Shown piece by piece: positions 34,640-42,964 of a DNA stretch of 42,964 nucleotides; position 1 is the stretch's first letter; every line of letters begins with the position of its first letter. The notes beneath the pieces are model-generated. The model was not told the DNA's origin, searched no databases, and saw only the letters and a program-made list of their open reading frames with translations. Position numbers and translations under genes: made by a program. The DNA is taken from the NCBI RefSeq assembly GCF_001194135.2, contig NC_068993.1:20215206-20258169 (forward strand). Direction: 5' to 3'. This DNA is from Octopus bimaculoides. Taxonomy: Eukaryota.

Positions 34640-35050
34640 TTAGGGACATTGAATCATTAAATCGATCCCAGTTCTTAATCGGTACATTATATCAGCGGTT
34701 CTCAACCATTAAAACAAAAAAATCTTTTTACCTAAAGACCCTTTGATTTCTATTTTACTCCCCCATAGCCATTCGATATTTAAAAAAAAAACCTATTATA
34801 TTTTTATTGAATATTATTAGGAAATGTATAAAAAAAATTGTTAAAATTTTTTATGTATTGTAGAAGTGGAACCAATTCATTGTACATAAAATTATACATG
34901 GACCCCCAAGAATCACACCCTAGTTGAGAGCCACTGCATTATATTATCGGATGAAAGATAAAGCTGACACTTTGTCGGGGATTTGAACTCAGTACGTAAA
35001 TTTCCTAGACTTGAACTTTATTCGGCGCGCAAACTAATTCAGTCACTCTA
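34640..35050 (-). mobile_element. Degenerate SINE A (minus) split by a hAT MITE
   Basis: ATCGATCCCAG...GGTACATTAT | TATCGGATGAAAG...GGATTTGAACTCAGTACGTAAA rejoin into the A core when the MITE is removed. Confidence 0.65.
34693..34936. mobile_element. hAT-type MITE
   Basis: TIRs CAGCGGTTCTCAAC / GTTGAGAGCCACTG; perfect 8-bp TSD CATTATAT (34685-34692 and 34937-34944). Confidence 0.9.
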
Positions 35051-37189
35051 ATCACGAAGTGACCGAATAAAAAAGATTAAATGTTGATGTTACTAAATAT
35101 CATTACACCTATTACTATCGTTATTTATCAACAGCAACATATTTTGCATTTCATCATCATCATCATCAAAGTTCATTTCCGATTACCACCCACTCAGAGA
35201 AAAATCCATACGAAATCGAAGGAGCAACAATGTAAGACTCTACGTGTAAAGGTTGAGATATTAAGTGTGTATAAGCAGAAAGTTATTATAAGCAGAACTG
35301 AAGACAATAAAGAAGGGAGAAAAAATTGGGGAGGAGAAGAAGAGAGACAAGGAAAAGACAAAGATGACTAGAGCAAGAAACACACAAGAAAAAGAAAAAT
35401 GAAAATATTTAGATTGTAGAATTGGAAGTCCGAAAGGGAAACAGACTAGCAAAGCTAAATGGGTGGGAGGGGGGGATTAGTAGAAATAATATTCTAGAAA
35501 GAAAGAAAGAAAGAAAGAACTTGTTCAAATTTTGGACCAAGACAAAGCAGGTTTACGAGGGGGGCGTTTCGGGTGAATGGGAATAAGCGTGCGGGCGTGT
35601 GGCGGTCGTTACAGTAAGCTGTTTAAAGAACGGATGGAAAGCAATATGATATATATTTGTATGTATGTATGATGTAAATATATATGTATGTGTATGCGTG
35701 TTTGTGTGTGTATACACGTATATGAATATAAACAAATGTATTTATGCATACTTATAAAATAAATGCACACGACTTACCTCCGAAAACAATAACACAAACA
35801 GCGTCGAGCAAATAATCCTGTGCAGTTGATGTGACATTTGGGCAAAGAATAGTTTTAAATAAATATCCAAATGTGCGTGTGTATGTGTGTAATTTTATAT
35901 GTGTCTGTGTGTCTGTGTAGTGTTGGTCACTTGATGATGTACGTGTTGTTGTTCGACTGAAGTCTTCACGTATCTGTTGAATATTGTTATATTACGGCAG
36001 TTGTAGTTGAGGTTAGCGAAGTCGTGATTTCTTGGTTGATGGTGTAGTAAGTAAATTTAATAAAGGTTTGTGTTCGTTATCGTAAGGTCCGTGTGTTTAC
36101 TTTTGGCGATTATTAGTAATAGTAGCAATGGTGTTTGTTGATGGTAGAGACAGCGATATTGTTGTTAAATGAGTTGTATTGTTTTAGTTGTTCTTATATA
36201 GAGGTGTTCGTCTGTCAACAGTTTAACTACAAGCATCCGTTTGAAAAATAACAAGTAAAAACAAACAAGTCAATCGAACGATGAATAATCAATAGCGAAT
36301 CAGTGAATGAATTCATAAAAGTTTGCCCAACTGAAATATATAATTTTTACTTTAGTAAATAATTATATACGTATTTCACTCTTAATGTACATAAATATTT
36401 ACGCTTATATTTAATATTATAATTCCCGCTTTGCTCGTAACTCTGTTTAAATACCGTGCTATCGGTTTTTGTCTCGTCCGTTTGGAGTGATATTTTTTCT
36501 TTCTTTCTTCACTATAATCGCTTATTTAATTAGCATTTAATGAACACCGCAACTTAGAATTTTTTTTTATCCTTTCGGTTTTTTTCCCCCTTTTTTCGTC
36601 TTTGTCGTTTCTCTCTCTCTATCTCTTTGCTTATCTTCAATTAAAACATCAGATGATCTGCAGTAGTAAAAAACATATCCTTTCTGTATCCTTGTTACCT
36701 CCGTTAAGGTTTCTGACCAAAAAAAAAAAACAAAAAAACTTTCTAAGTCCCGGGATTTCGTGACGTGTGGCTGGCGTGTGTATACACGCATGAATCTGTG
36801 TATGTATATAGAGGTGAGTGTATGTTTATTCATGGGTGTATCTATATCTAATGTCAGGCCTCCATAGTAAGGCGCGTGTAAAGTAAGTATTTCTTTTTTT
36901 TTTTATATTATTATTCTGTTTTGTTATACAGACATTTNNNNNNNNNNNNNNNNNNNNNNNNNNNNNNNNNNNNNNNNNNNNNNNNNNNNNNNNNNNNNNN
37001 NNNNNNNNNNNNNNNNNNNNNNNNNNNNNNNNNNNNNNNNNNNNNNNNNNNNNNNNNNNNNNNNNNNNNNNNNNNNNNNNNNNNNNNNNNNNNNNNNNNN
37101 NNNNNNNNNNNNNNNNNNNNNNNNNNNNNNNNNNNNNNNNNNNNNNNNNNNNNNNNNNNNNNNNNNNNNNNNNNNNNNNNNNNNGGTAG

Positions 37190-38416
37190 GTTGAGTCGGT
37201 GATTGATTAAAGGAAGTGAGAGGGGTAAAAGGATGCGGAGTAGGGTAATGAAAAAGAAAAGAAGAAGAAAATAGAAAGAAAAAATATTTGCGTAGCGAAT
37301 GTTGGTAGTTGACTGGGGGCTGGTGGTGGCGGTGGTGTAGCTGTGGTGTGGAAGGGGTAGTGACGGTCGTGGTAGCGGTGGTGGTAAAGGTGGTGTTGTT
37401 GTTGCTGTTGTTGTTGTTGGTGGTGGTGGTGGTGGTAAAGGTGGTGGTGATAGTAGTGTGGATAGCTGTGGTGGGGGTTGAAAAAGTGTGCTAAGAAATG
37501 GGAGGTGCGCTAAAAACAAAACAAATTGCAAAAGAGAAAGAAATATGAAAAGATAGTGAGAGAGAGAGAGAGAATGCGTGTGAGAGTGAGAGGAAGAGAG
37601 AGAGAGTAAATGCGAGAGTGAGAGGGAGGGACTGAGAAGAAAAGCGGGTGGGAGAGAGACAGAGACAGATAGACAGAGAGATGGACATACAGACAGATAG
37701 ATAGATAGAAAAGAGAGCGAGAAAGTTTTGGGAAATAATAAAAGAAATTTTTAAAAAACCAGAAAAGAAAGAAAAGAAATGTAGTTAGAATGAGAGTAAG
37801 ACAGGGAGGGAGGAGCATGAGGGGAAACAAAACGACAAAGAAGGAGTAAGAGAGAGAATGCGAGTGAGACAGTAAGAGATAGAGAGAGTGATAGAGGGGG
37901 GGGAGAGCGAGACAGAGAGAGACTATGTGATAAATAAGTAGTGATAGGTACGTAAGGGTGCGGTGAGAGGTAAAGAGATTAGGAAAGGAGGTGAGAGGGG
38001 AAGGAAGAGGAACTTAGAAACCAACGCGCACACAAGCACACACACTCACACAGATACACTTATATACATGCATGCATATACATACATACATACATACATA
38101 TATATATATATATNNNNNNNNNNTATATATATATATATACGTACGTACAAGCATGCATGTATGTATGTAGATGAAGGGAAGTTAAGCAGATAGAGGGGAG
38201 GGCAGTGGAAATTTAATATAAATGAAAATATATGGAGACACGCTTATAGCACAGGTCTAAGAAAATGGGCGGCGTGCCGGTCTGGCTTATTATATGACGG
38301 ACATAGCGCGTATTTCACACGTCACACATACTCATACGCGTACACTTGTGTTATATATAAACAGTTACACGTTTACACATCTGCACACGTGCGTTGGCAC
38401 GCTCGCATATATGCTT

Positions 38417-38454
<38 letters not shown>

Positions 38455-38500
38455 CCATGTCTATTGTATGTGTGTGCGTGTGTGTGTGTGCAAACACATA
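37190..38500. repeat. Simple-repeat field ((GGT)n, (GTT)n, (GA)n, (GACA/GATA)n, (CA)n, (TA)n)
   Basis: Directly visible tracts. Confidence 0.9.
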
Positions 38501-38525
38501 TACCTACATATATGCCTTCATATAT

Positions 38526-38690
38526 GCACACACATAGATACCTAAATATATGCACGCACACAGATACCTACATATATGCACACACATAGATGCCTACATA
38601 TATGCACACACATAGATGCCTACATATATGCACAGACATAGATACCTGCATATATGCACACACATAGATACTTACATATATGCACACATA
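38526..38690 (+). repeat. 26-bp minisatellite, about 6 units
   Basis: Unit GCACACACATAGATRCCTACATATAT starts at 38526, 38552, 38578, 38604, 38630, 38656 and (partial) 38682. Confidence 0.9.
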
Positions 38691-39042
38691 CGCTTGCACT
38701 CACATGCATGCATATGTCTTTGCTCCTTGCAAAACAAGTTTATCTTTTTAATCACACGAATGCATTTGAGTTTATAAATGCATGATGGCTATGATAGTGA
38801 GCGCTAAAACGGTGCTCTAGCATGGCCACAGCATACTGGCGGAAACTTGGTGGGAGGGGTTACATGCGCGCGTTTAACCGAAGGTTAAACCGGAAATAGA
38901 AGTTTACATTTCAAAATACTTAAGTAGAAATATAAGGACGCAGTTTCGATTCCAAAATGCGTCTCTTGGCGCATTTGTGTTTATTTCTTCGGGCGGTAAA
39001 CGAATTGAATGACGTGTTGATATTCTCTTCGTTATGTATAGT

Positions 39043-39492
39043 ATAATCCTTTCTAGTATAAGCAGGAGGCCTGAAATTTTTAAGGGAGGGCTCTTGTCGA
39101 TTACATCGAACCTCAGTGCTCAACTAGTACTTACGAATTCCATCGTACTCGAAAGGACGAAAAGCAAAGTCGACTTCGGCTGGATTTGAAACCAGAACAT
39201 GAAGCCCGACGAAACACCGTTAACATTTTTGTCCAACACGCCTGCTATTGTGCTAGCTCGCCGCTTTAAAAATAATAATAATATTTTCTACTAAAGGCAC
39301 AAGGCCTGGAATTTGCGGAGAGGGGACTAGTCGATTACATCGACCCGTGTTTCACTAGCACTTAATTTATCGGTCCCAACAGGATGAAAGGCAAAGTCAA
39401 CCTCGGTAGAATTCGAACCCAAAACGTAGCGATGGGCGAAATACCGCTAAGCATTTCGTCCAGCGTGCTAACGATTCTGCCAACTCACCGCC

Positions 39493-39494
<2 letters not shown>
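39043..39494 (-). mobile_element. Two tandem SINE A2 copies (minus)
   Basis: 39043-39266 and 39270-39494, separated by AATAATAATAAT; the second is well preserved (GGATGAAAGGCAAAGTCAACCTCGG...GCTAACGATTCTGCCAACTCACCGCCTT). Confidence 0.85.
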
Positions 39495-39588
<94 letters not shown>

Positions 39589-39594
39589 GGTAGG

Positions 39595-39632
<38 letters not shown>
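39493..39632. repeat. Compound microsatellite (TTA)12-(AAT)19-AGGTAGGT-(AGAT)n
   Basis: (TTA)n 39493-39530 abuts (AAT)n 39531-39587, then AGGT x2 and (AGAT)n. Confidence 0.95.
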
Positions 39633-39634
<2 letters not shown>

Positions 39635-40040
39635 GAATAGGAAGCCAGACATAGTGTTAATTGAGAAAGAAAGCAATCTACGCTAGATCATAGATATAGC
39701 ATGCCCAGCTGACAACAAGGTATGCGATAAAGAAGAAAGAAAAGTCGATTGATACGACAGATTAGCTGGGGAAGTTAAGCAGTTATGGTCGATGTAAAAG
39801 GGAGTAGTAGTACCAATAATTGTCGGAGCCCTGGGAACAGTGACTAAAAATCTTGAGAAGTACATGGAACAAATAGGGACTGCAATAAGGGTGGAACACT
39901 TGCAGAAACCAGCACTTCTTGGAACCGTTCGAATGCTCCAGAAGGTGCTCGAAAAATAAGAGGTGCTATCTTAATTCACTGGTAGTGAATAGCTGACACC
40001 GTAGTACATCTCCAGTGCTAGAAGCTGTGCAAAGGCAATG
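39633..40040 (+). pseudogene. 5'-truncated non-LTR retrotransposon fragment: restriction-like endonuclease (RLE) C-terminus of R4/Dong type plus 3' UTR
   Basis: Frame 39639-39959 reads RKPDIVLIEKESNLR*IIDIACPADNKVCDKEERKVD*YDRLAGEVKQLWSM*KGVVVPIIVGALGTVTKNLEKYMEQIGTAIRVEHLQKPALLGTVRMLQKVLEK*. It shows the RPD...IID(I/V)ACP.D...KE..K...Y..LA motif and the GALG / LQK.ALLGT..IL tail typical of R4-clade RLE domains, with 3 internal stops. Confidence 0.85.
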
Positions 40041-40057
40041 ATAATAATAATGATAAT

Positions 40058-40475
40058 CTTTTCTATTATAGGCACAAGGCCTGAAGTTTGGGGGAAGGGG
40101 ATAATCGATTACATCGACGACAGTACTCAAATGGTGCTTAATTTATCGACCCCGAAAGGATGAATGGAAAAGTCGGCCTCGGTAGTACTTGAACTTAGAA
40201 CGTAAAGACGGATGAAATGTCGCTAAGCAGTTTGTCCGACGCGCCTGCAATTGTGCTATCTTGTCGCACTATTCTATTTTGGCACAAGACCAGCAATTTC
40301 AAGGGAAGGGTAAGTCGATTACATCGACCCCAGTGCTCAACTGTTACTTATCGACCCCGAAAGGATCAAAGGTGAACTCGACCTCGACGCAATTTGAACT
40401 TGGAACGTAATTACAGACAAAATGCCGCCAATCATTTTGTCCGGTATGCTAACGATTCTTCTTGCTTGCCGCCTT
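40058..40475 (-). mobile_element. Two tandem SINE A2 copies (minus)
   Basis: CTTTTCTATTATAGGCACAAGGCCTGAAG...ATCGACCCCGAAAGGATGAA (40058-40270) and TTTTGGCACAAGACCAGC...GCTAACGATTCTTC..GCCGCCTT (40275-40475). Confidence 0.85.
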
Positions 40476-40517
40476 ATATTCAAATTGCGTCAGCGAGGCC
40501 AGAAGAGGTTATGTTGA

Positions 40518-40563
<46 letters not shown>

Positions 40564-40609
40564 GGTCGTCGTCGTCATCGTGATGATGATGATGATGATG
40601 ATGACAATA

Positions 40610-40957
40610 GACGCAGGCATGGCAGTGTGGTCAAGAAGCCCGATTGGAAACCACGTGGTTTCGGGTTCAGTCCCACTGTGCAGCACTGCTTTTGGCAAAT
40701 GTCTTCTACTTTAGCCTCGGACCGGACCAATGACCTGTGAGTGAATTTAGTTGGTGGAAACTGTATGGAAGCCCGTCGTGTATTTGTGTGTGTGCACTTG
40801 CATGTATGTGTTTTTGAAACCGATAGAATGAGTATCAGACTAAAATGTAAACAACCAAGATAACTAAGTACTGGGGTCGATTTGTTTAGCTTAAACCCTC
40901 CTAGGTGGCGCCCCAGCACAGCCACAGTCCAACGACCGAAACAAGTAAAAGATAAAA
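40610..40957 (+). mobile_element. Degenerate full-length SINE family B
   Basis: GACGCAGGCATGGCAGTGTGG...CGGGTTCAGTCCCACTG...GGCAAATGTCTTCTACTTTAGCCTCGG...ACCGAAACAAGTAAAAGATAAAAG. Confidence 0.8.
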
Positions 40958-41829
40958 GAAAAAAAGTAGAAGTGAGGACGCGGAGGTGAGAAAGAAACCA
41001 TTTTCGAATCTCAGTGGTTCATCCCATTTTTATTTACTCACATATTTTCTTTACTTTTTTTTTTTNNNNNNNNNNNNNNNNNNNNNNNNNNNNNNNNNNN
41101 NNNNNNNNNNNNNNNNNNNNNNNNNNNNNNNNNNNNNNNNNNNNNNNNNNNNNNNNNNNNNNNNNNNNNNNNNNNNNNNNNNNNNNNNNNNNNNNNNNNN
41201 NNNNNNNNNNNNNNNNNNNNNNNNNNNNNNNNNNNNNNNNNNNNNNNNNNNNNNNNNNNNNNNNNNNNNNNNNNNNNNNNNNNNNNNNNNNNNNNNNNNN
41301 NNNNNNNNNNNNNNNNNNNNNNNNNNNNNNNNNNNNNNNNNNNNNNNNNNNNNNNNNNNNNNNNNNNNNNNNNNNNNNNNNNNNNNNNNNNNNNNNNNNN
41401 NNNNNNNNNNNNNNNNNNNNNNNNNNNNNNNNNNNNNNNNNNNNNNNNNNNNNNNNNNNNNNNNNNNNNNNNNNNNNNNNNNNNNNNNNNNNNNNNNNNN
41501 NNNNNNNNNNNNNNNNNNNNNNNNNNNNNNNNNNNNNNNNNNNNNNNNNNNNNNNNNNNNNNNNNNNNNNNNNNNNNNNNNNNNNNNNNNNNNNNNNNNN
41601 NNNNNNNNNNNNNNNNNNNNNNNNNNNNNNNNNNNNNNNNNNNNNNNNNNNNNNNNNNNNNNNNNNNNNNNNNNNNNNNNNNNNNNNNNNNNNNNNNNNN
41701 NNNNNNNNNNNNNNNNNNNNNNNNNNNNNNNNNNNNNNNNNNNNNNNNNNNNNNNNNNNGGGAAAATGAGTGTCAGATGGGTCTAATACGAGGTAATATA
41801 CCCAAAATGCTAACTTAGGGGATGTAAAG

Positions 41830-42690
41830 GATGTTGGTGCAGAAATTAATCGCGTTTTTCGCTGTAAACTCTGAAGTTTATTTTAGAATTTACTTTAAAT
41901 TTACAATATTCATGTAATATCGATTTTAAGAGGCAAATTTCCGTCCACTGATTTATGCTAAAGATTTAGTTCTCCTGGTTTATACGTTTTTATTTAGGCT
42001 GATAAATTAATAATTGAAATTCGAGGGATTTTATTCATAGTAGAATGCGAAGCGGTGGAAACTGATCGCAGAATCAATCAAGTATTTGACCAGAAGACTG
42101 TCAATAAACGGAAGACTGTCAATAAATGTGCAACTCAACGTTGGTTCGAAAAAATTATAGTCGAGACGAAAGTTTTGAAGATGTGGAAAGTAACAGATGA
42201 CTTTCTGTAATTGATAGCGACTAATTGGTTATTATTGAAGCGCAATGTCACCGAATGATTATTTGTTGATTATTAAACAGTTGCTTGACATTTGCATCAC
42301 ATTGGAAAATTAAGAAAATTCTACAAATGGATGTCGTAAGCGAGCCAAACGGAAAAAATAAAGAAAAAGAAAAAAACTTATGACGTTTGCTTAGTGTTTT
42401 CTATAATAAAAGCAATCCAGTTCTTGATCGCATTGCAACATGTGACGTCTGCGTAGTGGGTGAACAAAAGAGAGGCACCAATGAACTTTCCAAACTGAAG
42501 CTGCATCAAAAGGTTATGGTCCGTGTTTGGTTGTCAAAAAGTGGAGTTGCATGTCACAGTAACATGAATTATGTTGAAAGCATCACAGAAGAGGAGTATT
42601 GCATCAAATCAACATAATGCATCAAGAGTTTCTGTTTGCGTCCAACATTCGTCAATCTAAAAGAACTAATTCTTGTCTCTGGAAGTGAGA
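41830..42690 (+). mobile_element. Decayed mariner (Tc1/mariner, Hsmar1/cecropia-like) transposon: 5' TIR and frameshifted transposase, 3' truncated
   Basis: TIR-like GTTGGTGCAGAAATTAATCGCGTTTTTCGC (41833-41862) resembles the Hsmar1/MADE1 TIR TTAGGTTGGTGCAAAAGTAATTGCGGTTTTTGC. Translation pieces: EIRGILF..AVETDRRINQVFDQKTVNK..TQRWFEK / SRDESFED / HLHHIGKLRKFYKW / NPVLDRIATCD (first catalytic D) / KLHQKVMVRVW / ESITEEEYC / RPTFVNLK. Confidence 0.9.
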
Positions 42691-42964
42691 TAAGCTGCTC
42701 TCAAGAAAATTATCTCCCTCAGGTAACATTTCTAAATTTGAAAATCTAAAAAAATGCGATTATGGGGATTTATCGAACTGTTATTATAATTAAAGTTTAA
42801 TTTAAAATAAGAAACTTTGACGCTAATAGGGATTAAATTTTAAAGCGAGGTTAGGTTAGGTTGAGGGTTTAGACTCACTTTTCACCCTTAACGGTCCATC
42901 AGAGTTTTACTGAACCTAAAGTAGAAGAAGCAGGAGAAATCGCCTAAATATGTTTTTGCTACCA

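Noticed and set aside
42846-42870. GGTTAGGTTAGGTTGAGGG as a telomeric or Helentron-associated repeat
   Set aside because: Only two to three units and no accompanying subterminal inverted repeats seen

Overview
AT-rich, gap-containing eukaryotic genomic DNA with nine N-runs and no intact protein-coding gene, rRNA, tRNA gene or CRISPR array that I can support. The repeat content points to a coleoid cephalopod, most likely Octopus (inference, not verified). It includes several tRNA-derived SINE families, labelled A-D here, resembling the octopus OK/OR1/OR2 SINEs as I recall them, plus long (TA)n/(CA)n/(GA)n/(GAT)n/(AAT)n microsatellites. Roughly 30 copies or fragments of SINE family A are present, many in same-orientation head-to-tail clusters joined by (ATT)n tails, along with nested SINE-in-SINE insertions with readable target-site duplications (TSDs). 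Protein-coding remnants I can recognise are a decayed R4/Dong-type restriction-like endonuclease fragment sitting in a (TAA)n tract (39633-40040) and a decayed mariner transposase with an Hsmar1-like terminal repeat (41830-42690). There are also two related hAT-type MITEs with 8-bp TSDs. The most unusual structure is a 766-bp foldback element (24070-24835) with 29-bp perfect TIRs, an imperfect 8-bp TSD, nested internal inverted repeats and head-to-head telomere-like (TTAGGG)/(CCCTAA) tracts, inserted next to a CpG-rich promoter-like or spliced segment. A few unique islands may be exons or regulatory elements of an unidentified host gene. Almost all ORFs in the supplied track are microsatellite, SINE or N-gap artefacts. 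All alignments and counts were done by eye, and SINE coordinates are approximate (about +/-15 bp) unless a TSD is given.
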